A stretch of 64,000 nucleotides of DNA. Origin: Candidatus Eiseniibacteriota bacterium. Lineage in GTDB: Bacteria; Eisenbacteria; RBG-16-71-46; CAVPCR01. The translations under genes were made by a program, and so were the position numbers. The stretch lies in contig CAVPCR010000002.1 of assembly GCA_963702435.1 (NCBI GenBank), positions 1-64,000 on the forward strand, read 5' to 3'. The notes under the pieces were generated by a model. The model saw only the letters and a list, made by a program, of their open reading frames with translations, searched no databases and was not told the DNA's origin. Below, one piece after another: positions 20,089 to 31,148 of the stretch. Positions within the stretch are counted from its first letter, which is position 1; each line of letters begins with the position of its first letter.

Positions 20089-21257
20089 AGCCGCCCGTGC
20101 CGGCCCGGCTGCCGACGGTCTTTCACATCCGATCCTCGAGCGGTCTCTTCGGCGCCGATCGCGTCGTCCTCGACCTCTGCGCCGAGCTCGGCGCGGCGGG
20201 GTATCGCGCGGTGCTCGTCCCGCTCATCGAGCCCGACGGCACCGGGTCCGCGCTCCGCACGGCCGGGCGGGACCTGGGCCTCCCGGTCCGCCCCCTCCAC
20301 CTCGCCGGCCGCTTCGACCTCCGCGCCGCGGCCATGCTCCGGAGGCTCGCCGCGGCCGAGGGTGCGATCGTGCTCCACGGCCACGACTACAAGTCGAACG
20401 TGCTCGTCCAGCTCGCGCGCGCGCCGGACACCTGGCGGGTGGCGACCCTGCACGGCCGCGTCGGCACCGACTGGAAGCTCCGCCTCTACGAGTCCATCGA
20501 GGCCCGCCTCGTGCGCCGCTTCGATCGGGTCGTCTGCGTCTCCGCAGCGATGCGCGCCGCGGAGACGCGTGGCGACTACAGTCCCGCCCTGGTGCCGAAC
20601 GGCATCGATGTCGCGCCCTTCCGTGACGCGCCGGCACCCGATCCCGGTCTCAAGGCGACCCTCGGCCTGCCGTCCGACGCCACCGTGATCGGCTCGATCG
20701 GGCGCCTGAGCGCCGAGAAGGGATTCGACGTCCTCCTCCGCGCCGCAGCCGCGCTCGCCGCGGAGCGCCCGACGCTCCACGTGCTCCTGGTGGGCGAAGG
20801 GCCGCAGCGCCCTGCGCTCTCGGATCTCGCCGCGAGCCTCGGCCTTGGCGACCGCGTCCACATGCCCGGGCTCCGCACCGATACGCCGGTGATCTATCGC
20901 CTTTTCGACGTCTTCTTGATGCCGTCCCACCGCGAGGGGCTCCCGCTCGTGCTGCTCGAAGCGCTCGCCTCCGGAACCGCCACCGTGGCGACCCCGGTCG
21001 GCGGCATCCGCGATGTGCTCGGAGCAGGGGAGGGGGAGGGCATGCCGGTGGCGCTCACCGCCCCGCCGGGCGATGCGCCGGCGCTGGCCGGCGCGGTCGC
21101 CCGTCTCCTCGCCGATCCGGAGCTCCGCCGGCGCCTCGGCCGCGCCGGGCGCGAGCGCGTCGCCGCCCACTTCTCGCGGGCGGCCATGGCGCGCGCCACT
21201 GCCTCCCTCTACGATGACCTTCGCAGCCGCGGCAACCGCCCGGGAGCCCACGCATGA
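20085..21257 (+). CDS. Glycosyltransferase family 4
   Basis: SSGLFGADRV, HGHDYKS, GRLSAEKG, PSHREGLPLVLLEALA. Confidence 0.92.
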   Translation: MKPPVPARLPTVFHIRSSSGLFGADRVVLDLCAELGAAGYRAVLVPLIEPDGTGSALRTAGRDLGLPVRPLHLAGRFDLRAAAMLRRLAAAEGAIVLHGHDYKSNVLVQLARAPDTWRVATLHGRVGTDWKLRLYESIEARLVRRFDRVVCVSAAMRAAETRGDYSPALVPNGIDVAPFRDAPAPDPGLKATLGLPSDATVIGSIGRLSAEKGFDVLLRAAAALAAERPTLHVLLVGEGPQRPALSDLAASLGLGDRVHMPGLRTDTPVIYRLFDVFLMPSHREGLPLVLLEALASGTATVATPVGGIRDVLGAGEGEGMPVALTAPPGDAPALAGAVARLLADPELRRRLGRAGRERVAAHFSRAAMARATASLYDDLRSRGNRPGAHA

Positions 21258-22183
21258 GCGGACCTCGAGACCCCCAGGACAGCCTGCTCAACGCCTTCAC
21301 GGTGGACGTGGAGGACTACTTCCAGGTCGAGAACTTCGCGCACGCCATCCCCCGGCGCGACTGGGAGCGGTTCGCGAGCCGCATCGTGCCGAACACGCGC
21401 CGCGTCCTCGAGCTCCTTGCCCGGCACGGCGTGCGCGGGACCTTCTTCATCCTGACCTGGAACGCGGAGCGGATCCCCGATCTCGTGCGCGAGATCCAGG
21501 CCGCGGGGCACGAGATCGCCGCCCACGGACACGAGCATCGTCTGGTCTACGAGCAGACGCCGGCCGAGTTCACGGCCGACATCGAGAAGGCTCGGGCATT
21601 GCTCGTGGCGCTGACCGGCGCGCCGGTACTCGGGTACCGGGCGCCGTCCTACTCGATCACGGCGGCGAGCCGCTGGGCCTTCGCCCGGCTCAAGGCCGCC
21701 GGTTTCGCTTACGACTCGAGCGTCTACCCGATCCGGCGCCGGCGCTATGGCATCCCGGCGGCCCCCCGCCATCCGCATCCGATCGACGGGCTCATCGAGT
21801 TCCCGATGACAACGCTGCGCATCGGCCGCCTGAACATCCCGGCGGCTTCCGGGGGCTATCTCCGCCTGTTCCCGCTCGCGGTCTCGCGCGCCGCGATCGC
21901 ACAGCAGAACCGGGCCGGCCACCCGGCCGTGGTCAACGTGCACCCCTGGGAGCTCGACCCCGAGCAGCCGCGGATCGGCGGCGGGCGCCTCGGCGGCTTC
22001 ACGCACTACGCCAACCTGACCCGGACCGCTCCGCGGCTTTCTGCGCTCCTCCGCGAATTTCGGTTCGGCACCATGCGGGAGTCCCTCCACCAGGCCGGGT
22101 ACGCGCTCGCGGCGAGCCCGCCGCCGGCGGCCGGGCCCGCCGCCGGCGCGAGATCCCTTGACGATCCCCCGAGCTTGCCCTAG
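21254..22183 (+). CDS. Polysaccharide deacetylase, PEP-CTERM/XrtA-locus subfamily (DUF3473)
   Basis: NAFTVDVEDYFQV, HEIAAHG, GYRAPSYS, YDSSVYP, GGYLRLFP, HPWELDPEQPR. Confidence 0.92.
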   Translation: MSGPRDPQDSLLNAFTVDVEDYFQVENFAHAIPRRDWERFASRIVPNTRRVLELLARHGVRGTFFILTWNAERIPDLVREIQAAGHEIAAHGHEHRLVYEQTPAEFTADIEKARALLVALTGAPVLGYRAPSYSITAASRWAFARLKAAGFAYDSSVYPIRRRRYGIPAAPRHPHPIDGLIEFPMTTLRIGRLNIPAASGGYLRLFPLAVSRAAIAQQNRAGHPAVVNVHPWELDPEQPRIGGGRLGGFTHYANLTRTAPRLSALLREFRFGTMRESLHQAGYALAASPPPAAGPAAGARSLDDPPSLP

Positions 22184-22297
22184 CTTCCCGTCGCCCGTGC
22201 ACCTCGCGGCGCGCGGCGCGCATCGTGCCGCCGGGGCCGGGTTCTCCCGATCGACCGATTCGATTTCGCGACCAGCGCACGAGGCCAAGAGCTCGCA

Positions 22298-23563
22298 GTG
22301 GAAGGAGAGGGCTTGCTTGCACTCGCGCCCGCCCGCCGTCGGCGAGCGGCATCCCGCCGCCCCGGCCCGCAGGTGGTCATCCTCGCCCTTCCCACCGCCC
22401 TCGCCGCGTCCCTCGCCATCTCCCCGCCGTCGGGCGCGCAGCCGAGCCCGAGCGATCCCACCGCGCCCGACGCGGACGCCGGCGCCTACTACGTGATCGA
22501 CGCGGAGCCCGTGCGCGCCGCCGCGGAGCTCGGTGGTCCCGGCCGGTTCTCGGGCGTCGTGCCGCTCGCGATCCCCGGCGACATCACGGGTTCCTTCCAG
22601 CTCGACGTCACGGCCCCCGGCTACGAGGAGCAGCGCGTCCTCATCGACTTCCCGGGCGGGGGCGGACCGCTGAGCCTCGACTCGCCGCGCCCGACGCACG
22701 GGGCGGGAGTGGCCAAGGCCCTCGTCTGGCCCGGACTGGCCGAGATCGCGAGCGAAACCGGTGATGGCTACCGCGGATTCGGTTTCGCCACCGCCGGCGG
22801 CATCGGTGTCATCGGCCTCCTCGCCGCCTGGATCCGCGAGGGCAACGCCGAGGACGACCTCGCCGCCGACCTCCAGCGCGAGGGCGACACGCCCGAGGAG
22901 CGCGCCGACCTCGACCTGGCGGCGGCCGCCCACGGCGCCGAGGCGGAGTCGGCCAACGAGGCCGTGCACGACTGGATCTACATGTGCGTGGCGGCCTGGG
23001 GGACCTCCCTCATCGACACGTACATGCTCGCGCCGGGCCCGGGCCAGGTCACGGAGGACCTGACCGAGGTGCGCTTCAAGATGCAGCCCCTCAGTCGCAA
23101 CGAGGCGGCCCTGCGTTCGCTCGTACCGGGCCTCGGGCAGTTCTATGCGGGACGCCGCACCGCCGGCCAGATCGCTTTCTACTCCGGCCTCCTCGCCGTG
23201 ACCGGGCTGCTCATGGCCGAGCATTCCTACGATGAGGCCGTGCACACGGCTGCTGCCTATGAAGAGCTGTACCGCGATCCGCTCGCGGATCCCGAGCAGG
23301 TGGCCATCTACCGGGACGCGCTCGCGTCGGCGAGCGATGACGCGGAGAGCCGGCAGACGATCCGCAACATCACGGCCGGCATCACGGCCGGCGTGTGGAT
23401 CGCGAACCTGGCCGACGCCTACTTCGGCGTGCCGGACCGCGAAGCGAGCACGGCGACCCGGCCCGGCGACAGCGATCCGCCTCCCGGAGTGCGCCTCGCC
23501 ATCCGCCCCCATGTCTCCTGGTCGGAGCCGGCCGCCGGCGCGGCCATCGCCCTCCAATTCTGA
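22298..23563 (+). CDS. Membrane protein with two DUF5683/TM2-like repeats (start uncertain)
   Basis: KALVWPGLAEI..WGTSLIDTY and RSLVPGLGQFY..WIANLADAY; signal-like N-terminus; ends AIALQF. Confidence 0.65.
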   Translation: MEGEGLLALAPARRRRAASRRPGPQVVILALPTALAASLAISPPSGAQPSPSDPTAPDADAGAYYVIDAEPVRAAAELGGPGRFSGVVPLAIPGDITGSFQLDVTAPGYEEQRVLIDFPGGGGPLSLDSPRPTHGAGVAKALVWPGLAEIASETGDGYRGFGFATAGGIGVIGLLAAWIREGNAEDDLAADLQREGDTPEERADLDLAAAAHGAEAESANEAVHDWIYMCVAAWGTSLIDTYMLAPGPGQVTEDLTEVRFKMQPLSRNEAALRSLVPGLGQFYAGRRTAGQIAFYSGLLAVTGLLMAEHSYDEAVHTAAAYEELYRDPLADPEQVAIYRDALASASDDAESRQTIRNITAGITAGVWIANLADAYFGVPDREASTATRPGDSDPPPGVRLAIRPHVSWSEPAAGAAIALQF

Positions 23564-23691
23564 CCCCGGGATGTGCTTCCCGCAGGGTCGCGCCGCCGCC
23601 GCTTGCCCTGCACCGGCGGCTTCGTGTAGAATCAGGACTGTGCCCCGGAGGAACTGCGTGGACTCGGACGTAGTGCTCTAGACACCTGATC

Positions 23692-23707
23692 TGGCGTGCC
23701 TGTTGTA
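23692..23707 (+). promoter_or_regulatory. Imperfect sigma-54 (-24/-12) promoter
   Basis: TGGCGT-N5-TTGTA with correct 12-bp spacing but GT instead of GC at -12; ~180 bp upstream of sugar transferase 1. Confidence 0.45.
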
Positions 23708-23884
23708 TCGAGCGCGGGCGCGCGTTCCCGGTCCGACCTTCCGGGTCGTGGCAGCGACCCGGACTGGAGCGCTCGACCGTCATCATCCGCGAGCGGGAGA
23801 GAGCCGCATCCATCCCCGATCCCGCCCAGCGGCCAGTTGTGGGCGCAGCATCTCCGTGCATCAGCTTGAGAGGTTCAGACAACC

Positions 23885-24634
23885 GTGATCTCGCTCTCCC
23901 CCGAGAAGGAGCCCATACCGACCGGCTCCCCGCGGGCCGGCGCCGGGCGCCGCTTGCCCTTCAACACCCTGCTCCTCAAGCGTCTCTTCGATATCCTGGC
24001 ATCGAGCGTCTTCCTCCTGATCACTATGCCCGCGTTCGGGCTGGTCGCGCTGGCCGTCGCCATCGACTCCCCGGGCCCCATCTTCTACAGCCAGATCCGC
24101 GTGGGCATGAATCGCCGCTATCGCGACCGGCGTCGCGACCGGATCCCGGTGCAGCGCGATTCGCGGATGATCGAGCGGCGGCGGATCCTGTCGGAAGGCC
24201 GCCTGTTCCGCATCCACAAGTTCCGGACCATGGTCGTCGGCGCCGAGGACGGCGTGGGCCCGGTGTGGGCGCTCGCGGACGATCCGCGGGTGACCCGCGT
24301 GGGGAAGTGGCTCCGCCTCCTCCGCCTGGATGAGCTGCCACAGCTGTGGAATGTCCTGAAGGGCGAGATGAGCCTGGTCGGGCCGCGGCCCGAGCGCCCG
24401 CACTTCGTCGGCCGCTTCGCTCAGCGCATTCCGGGCTACACGGAGCGGCTCCGCGCGCTGCCCGGGATCACCGGACTCGCCCAGGTCGAGCGCAGCTACG
24501 ACGCGTGCGAGGAGGACGTCAAGGACAAGCTGGGCTTCGATCTCCGCTACATCGAGGACTGCAGGCTGACGACCGACGTCCAGATCCTCTTCAAGACCGT
24601 GCACGTCGTCTTCGCCCGCAAGGGCGCCCGCTGA
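23885..24634 (+). CDS. Priming sugar transferase (bacterial sugar transferase / monotopic PGT) 1
   Basis: [51 protein letters not shown]. Confidence 0.95.
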   Translation: MISLSPEKEPIPTGSPRAGAGRRLPFNTLLLKRLFDILASSVFLLITMPAFGLVALAVAIDSPGPIFYSQIRVGMNRRYRDRRRDRIPVQRDSRMIERRRILSEGRLFRIHKFRTMVVGAEDGVGPVWALADDPRVTRVGKWLRLLRLDELPQLWNVLKGEMSLVGPRPERPHFVGRFAQRIPGYTERLRALPGITGLAQVERSYDACEEDVKDKLGFDLRYIEDCRLTTDVQILFKTVHVVFARKGAR

Positions 24635-24658
24635 CAGGATCTCGAGCTTCGCAGGGGT

Positions 24659-24695
24659 AGGGGGGCGGCTCCATCAGGGCCGCCCCCCTCTTCTT
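24659..24695 (+). terminator. Intrinsic terminator-like hairpin
   Basis: AGGGGGGCGGC / GCCGCCCCCCT stem followed by CTTCTT, 25 bp after stop. Confidence 0.6.
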
Positions 24696-24887
24696 CCGTC
24701 CTTCGCGCTTCCTACCCCAGAGCAGCGGGTGCGCCGACCCGCACCGCCACGCATGCCGCCGCCGATGGCGCGGCAACCTTCCTCCGCCATCCAGGCTACT
24801 CCCCGGTCACCCCCTCAAGACCCTGTCCCCTCGGTAGTTCCGGCATCGTCTCAGGCTGACACGACCCACCGCCGACGAGGCCCGGCA

Positions 24888-24903
24888 TGGCACTTCCATT
24901 GCT
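24888..24903 (+). promoter_or_regulatory. Sigma-54 (-24/-12) promoter
   Basis: TGGCAC-TTCCA-TTGCT, consensus with exact spacing, ~90 bp upstream of sugar transferase 2. Confidence 0.8.
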
Positions 24904-24993
24904 TGACCTTCCCGGAACGTACCGGCGCGACTTGCTGCGCCCCTTCATGTCCCCCTCATGTCATGCCGGGAGAGCGCACCGCAGACCCCACCG

Positions 24994-25806
24994 ATGTCGG
25001 AAACCGCCGAGAGAGACCTCATCCTCCAGGGCCCTGGCGCTTCGCGCGACCGGCAGGAGCCGGCGGCGCAACCGCATCCGAGTCGGCGGGTCCCGATCCC
25101 CGTCGGCCGGAGCGAGGCGGACCTCCGCGCATTCAGCCCGCCCCGGGCCAAGCGACTCCTCGACATTCTCGGCGCCACCGCGCTGATCGTCCTCTTCGCC
25201 CCGCTCGGCGTCCTCATCGCCCTGGCCATCAGGCTCGATACTCCCGGCCCGATCATCTACCGCCAGGAGCGGGTGGGGCTCAATCGCCGGCGCCAGGCTC
25301 GCCGGGGGAGGAGTGCCGGAGTCGCTCCGAACCAGCGACGCGCCGACCGCCGCGTGCTCTCGGCCGAGGGGCGGCCCTTCGTCATCTACAAGTTCCGCAC
25401 GATGGTGACCCACGCGGAGCGGGAGGCAGGTCCGGTGTGGGCCCTCAGGGACGACCCCCGGATCACGCGCGTCGGGCGCATCCTGCGCGCCACCCGCCTC
25501 GATGAGACCCCTCAGCTCTGGAACGTCCTCCAGGGCAACATGAGCCTGGTCGGTCCCCGTCCGGAGCGTCCCTTCTTCGTTCATCGCTTCGCCCGGCACA
25601 TTCCGGGGTACCCCGCGCGGCTCTACGCCCATCCCGGGATCACCGGGCTCGCCCAGATCGAGCACAGCTACGACACGTCCGAGGACGACGTCCGCCTCAA
25701 GCTCGACTACGACCTGACCTACATCGAGCGGTACAGCCTCCTGTCCGACATCCGCATCCTCCTCAAGACGGTCGTCGTGATGATCACGCGCAAGGGCGCC
25801 CACTGA
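24994..25806 (+). CDS. Priming sugar transferase 2 (tandem paralog)
   Basis: [51 protein letters not shown]. Confidence 0.95.
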   Translation: MSETAERDLILQGPGASRDRQEPAAQPHPSRRVPIPVGRSEADLRAFSPPRAKRLLDILGATALIVLFAPLGVLIALAIRLDTPGPIIYRQERVGLNRRRQARRGRSAGVAPNQRRADRRVLSAEGRPFVIYKFRTMVTHAEREAGPVWALRDDPRITRVGRILRATRLDETPQLWNVLQGNMSLVGPRPERPFFVHRFARHIPGYPARLYAHPGITGLAQIEHSYDTSEDDVRLKLDYDLTYIERYSLLSDIRILLKTVVVMITRKGAH

Positions 25807-26505
25807 GCCCGATCTCCGCGCAAAGCACGTACTTTCAATCTACTAGCCGATTAGGACGACCGCCGCGAGTCGCCCCCTCCTGCTCAGCGCTCGATTCCAC
25901 AATGAGATAGGGCGACGGAACGCCTTCGACGCCGGAGATGCGGCCCGTCATGACCTCCGGTCATATCTGAGTATCGAGCTGCAAAGTGCTTTCATCACGT
26001 GCATTGCGCCATGTGCACAAATTTCCTGTTGGGGCCTCGCGCCGTCGCCCGCACTGTCGCCCACGTCTGGATCGGGTGCGGCGATCGACCGCCGCGGATG
26101 CGCGATGCCAGGCGGCGCGGATGGACGGTGCATCGAGATCTTCGCGATCCCGGGGCCGGGCCAGGGAAGCGCTGGGAGACGGGCGACGGCCCCGAGTCCC
26201 GAAGATCCGGTGAGTGCCCCAGGCGGTGGACGCGCCGCGCAGTGCCCCTTACATGTGCCCCTGAGGCGGAAGCGACCCGGATGGGCCGCCCGCCCTTCGC
26301 GGCCCGGGCGGCCTGTCCGGACGGGCCGCTCGAGAAGCATCGTTCGCCGGAGCAGTGGCCGTGCAGGTGCCCGAGTCGGGGCGCGAGTGCGGCGGTGGTG
26401 CGGCCTGGGTGGCCGCGATTCGGGCACGTTTCGGAGGAGAGGCGAGCACACGCGGTCGCGCGGCGCTCGGATCTCCCGGAGTCGGGCCGGCGGGGAGCAG
26501 TCGTG

Positions 26506-27903
26506 ATGGAGCCCAGGGCCAGGGATGGAAGAGCTCTAGATCGGCTCGGAGCCGAGAGCGAGAGGCTCGGCTCCCCCCGCCTGTCCGCTGCTCCAGGCGA
26601 AGGCCGGGCGCGGATGCCCGGGCCGGCGACCCGGCCGGGCCTGCGGCTCGTGGAGGTGCCGGGCGAGATTTTCGGTCCCCTCTTCCCGACCCACGCCCGG
26701 ATCGGACCCGCAGCCGAATCGGCGCCGCTCCGCATCGCCATCATCGATCCCGATGACGCCTGCCGGGCCCGCGCCCGCGAGGCGCTCACCGGCATGGACG
26801 GCATCGGCCCCATCCACGAGGCCGCGCGCATCGAGGATGGCCTGCAAGAGGTCCTCACGACCCGACCCGACCTCATCCTCGTGGGTCTGGACGAACCCCG
26901 CGATGCGCTGGCGCTCGCGGCCAAGCTCCTCGCCCTCTACCCGGACACGATGATCCTCATTGCGACCGACGCGACCTCCTCCGATCACGTGAAACAGGCG
27001 ATGCGGATCGGTGCCCGCGAGTACCTGACCCGCCGTCCGGAGCCCGAGGAGATCGCGGCAGCCATCCGGCGCCTCCAGCGACAGAGGGAGCAGGCGACGA
27101 CGGCCCACCATCGGGGCGGCACGATCATCGCGGTCTTCTCCGCCAAGGGCGGCCTCGGCGCCACCTTCGTGGCCACCAACCTGGCGATCCTCCTCGCCGA
27201 GGGCGGTCAGCACCAGGCGGCGATCGTGGACCTGAACACGGAGCTCGGCGATGTGGACACCTTCCTCAATCTGAAGGCGGCCCGCTCGATCCACGCGCTG
27301 GCGAGCGCGGACGAGGACCCGGCCGATCCGGAGCAGCTCCTCGACGCGGGTCTCTCGCGGCATCGCTCGGGTCTCCGCATGCTGGCCCAGCCGGCGGACG
27401 CCGGGGAGGAGGGGATCGACCCGGGTGACATCGGGCGCGTGCTCGGCCGGCTCCGGGCGCGGTTCGACTTCGTCGTGGTCGACGTGGCCCGCCGCTTCGA
27501 CGAACGAACGCTCGAGGCCCTCGATCTCGCGAATCACATTCTGCTGCTCACGACGCTCGACCTGCCCACGATCCGCAACACGCGCCGGGCGATCGAGATT
27601 TTCACCCGGCTCGGGCACCTGACGAAGCTCAAGCTCGTGCTCAACCGCTACCGGCCCGCGCTGGCGGCTACCCGTCTCGAGAGCGCGTTCGGCATCCCCG
27701 TCTTCTGGCACCTGCCGGAGGACGCGGCGACCGCGGTCTCCGCCGTCAACGCCGGCGTCCCGGCGACCGAGGCGGGACCGGACACCGATCTCGCGGCCGG
27801 CCTGCGCGGCCTGGCGACGGCCATCGAAACGGCCGACACGACGCCGCCGGCCGCGGCCGGCGCGCGTAGCGGACTGCTCAAGCGGCTGCTCAGGTCGAGC
27901 TGA
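26506..27903 (+). CDS. CpaE/TadZ-like pseudo-receiver plus MinD/ParA-type ATPase (start uncertain, alternative 26614)
   Basis: Receiver fold (IAIIDPD, PDLILVG, AMRIGAREYL) then FSAKGGLGATFVATNLA, VDLNTELGD, FDFVVVD. Confidence 0.8.
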   Translation: MEPRARDGRALDRLGAESERLGSPRLSAAPGEGRARMPGPATRPGLRLVEVPGEIFGPLFPTHARIGPAAESAPLRIAIIDPDDACRARAREALTGMDGIGPIHEAARIEDGLQEVLTTRPDLILVGLDEPRDALALAAKLLALYPDTMILIATDATSSDHVKQAMRIGAREYLTRRPEPEEIAAAIRRLQRQREQATTAHHRGGTIIAVFSAKGGLGATFVATNLAILLAEGGQHQAAIVDLNTELGDVDTFLNLKAARSIHALASADEDPADPEQLLDAGLSRHRSGLRMLAQPADAGEEGIDPGDIGRVLGRLRARFDFVVVDVARRFDERTLEALDLANHILLLTTLDLPTIRNTRRAIEIFTRLGHLTKLKLVLNRYRPALAATRLESAFGIPVFWHLPEDAATAVSAVNAGVPATEAGPDTDLAAGLRGLATAIETADTTPPAAAGARSGLLKRLLRSS

Positions 27904-28438
27904 CCATGCAGGCGATGACGAAACCGAGAATCCATCGATTTGATCTCCGGAGCGCACTCAGCGGGGGCTCCGGAGTCGAGGGTGCGGCAGTGGCGCAGGC
28001 GCCGACGGGGGAGACGGAGGTCACTGCGCCCGCCGCACCCGCTTCTTCTTGCTGTTCTGCAATTCGCTTCCCAAGCCCCGTGTCCGCCAACCCGTGACCC
28101 GGCGCTAGTCAGAGCGCCATAACCGTGGGGCCCGGCGCGCAACGCCGGGCCCCGCATCCTTTCCGCCTCCGCCGCTCCGCCCCCCACCTCTCCGCGCCCG
28201 CGCGCTCTGCCTCATCCCGAGACCCCGGCGCCGCCCGCGGGCTCCCCGCGATGGCCGCCCGCTCGCCCTGCGCCGAATTCCCCGCCGTCCCTTCAGCTGT
28301 CCTCCCGGCCGGCCGATAACCCGGTTGATTTGAACAACGTGACCCGGTCTCCGGCCCGCCCCCGCAACGGGCCGGAACGGGTCGGCTGCCCAAGGGATCC
28401 AGAGCTCAGAGAGCCCAAGCCGGGAGGAGTCCGCATCC

Positions 28439-29917
<1,479 letters not shown>

Positions 29918-29996
29918 CGCCACACGAACCGGGACGTGACGCGGCGGGGCGGCCACGAGCTGTCCCGCCGCTTGCGTTGTGCCGCCCGGGCCCGCG

Positions 29997-30025
29997 TTGA
30001 CGCCCTCCGATCCCGGTGGTAGCGT
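29997..30025 (+). promoter_or_regulatory. Sigma-70-type promoter
   Basis: TTGACG-N17-TAGCGT with TG at the extended -10 position; GGAGG RBS downstream. Confidence 0.55.
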
Positions 30026-30056
30026 GTCCGCCCCATCTTTGACGGAGGTGAAGCGC

Positions 30057-31148
30057 GTGCAGCAGAGCGAGTCCAAGCCGGCTCCTGGATCGGCCCCCGC
30101 CACCGGTGAGCGCGTCCGCCTCGGCGCCATCGGCACCGGCGACTGGGGCCGGAACCTGATCAGGAACCTCGCGCGGGTCGGCGATCTGCGCGCTCTCGCC
30201 GACCGCCGCCCGGAGGCCCTCGCCCCGCTCCGGAGCCAGTACCCCGCGGCCCGCTTCTCGACCGACGTCGAGGAGCTCCTCCGCGACCCCGAGATCCAGG
30301 CGGTGGCCGTCGCCACCAACTCGTCGAGCCACTACGCGGTGGCGCGCGCGGCGCTCGAGGCAGGCAAGCACGTCCTCGTCGAGAAGCCGCTCGCCCAGTC
30401 GGCGCGCGACGCCGCCGAGCTCGTCCGCCTGGCGGCCGAGCGCGACCGCGTGCTCATGGTCGGGCACCTCCTCATCTACCATCCGGCGGTCGAGAAGCTC
30501 CGCCAGCTTCTCGCGGCCGGCGACCTCGGCGACATCCACTATCTCTATGCGCAACGCGTGAATCTCGGCAAGATCCGCCAGGATGAGAACGCGCTGTGGA
30601 GCTTCGGGCCGCACGACGTCGCGGTGATCCTCGATCTCCTCGGCCGGACGCCGGTCTCGGTGTCGGCGGTCGGCCACGCCTACCTGCAGCAGGGGATCGA
30701 GGACGTCGTCTTCCTCCACCTCGAGTTCGCAACCGGACAGATCGCGCACGTGCACCTGAGCTGGCTCGATCCGCACAAGCTCCGCCGCCTGACCCTGGTC
30801 GGCTCGCGCAAGATGGCCGTTTTCGACGACATGGATTCGGCCGAGAAGATCCGCATCTACGACAAGGGGGTGGGGAGCGCCGCCGGCGGCGTCCTCGAGT
30901 ACAAGGACGCCCTCACGCTCCGCTCCGGCGACATCCTGATCCCACAGATCACCATGCGCGAGCCGCTCGAGCTCGAGTGCCAGGACTTCATTCGCGCGAT
31001 CACGACCGGCGGGGCGCCGCGGGCGAGCGGGCTGGACGGCCTCCATGTGGTGCAGGTGCTCGAAGCCGCCGCTCACTCGCTGGCCGCGGGCGGAGTGCCG
31101 GTCCGCCTCGCCGCGACGGCGGAGCCTCCCGGAGAACGCGACCGATGA
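30057..31148 (+). CDS. Gfo/Idh/MocA oxidoreductase (WbpB/WlbA-like)
   Basis: GAIGTGDWG, GKHVLVEKP, MVGH, WSFGPHD; followed by acetyltransferase and aminotransferase. Confidence 0.88.
   Translation: MQQSESKPAPGSAPATGERVRLGAIGTGDWGRNLIRNLARVGDLRALADRRPEALAPLRSQYPAARFSTDVEELLRDPEIQAVAVATNSSSHYAVARAALEAGKHVLVEKPLAQSARDAAELVRLAAERDRVLMVGHLLIYHPAVEKLRQLLAAGDLGDIHYLYAQRVNLGKIRQDENALWSFGPHDVAVILDLLGRTPVSVSAVGHAYLQQGIEDVVFLHLEFATGQIAHVHLSWLDPHKLRRLTLVGSRKMAVFDDMDSAEKIRIYDKGVGSAAGGVLEYKDALTLRSGDILIPQITMREPLELECQDFIRAITTGGAPRASGLDGLHVVQVLEAAAHSLAAGGVPVRLAATAEPPGERDR

Noticed and set aside
25807..26500. Riboswitch or ncRNA in the long intergenic region (also 27904-28438 and 52760-53050)
   Set aside because: Hairpins are present but match no consensus I recognise; an Rfam scan would be needed.
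27890..28090. Small ORF near cpaE as a possible Flp pilin
   Set aside because: Lacks the G|xxxxEY motif and a proper hydrophobic pilin helix.
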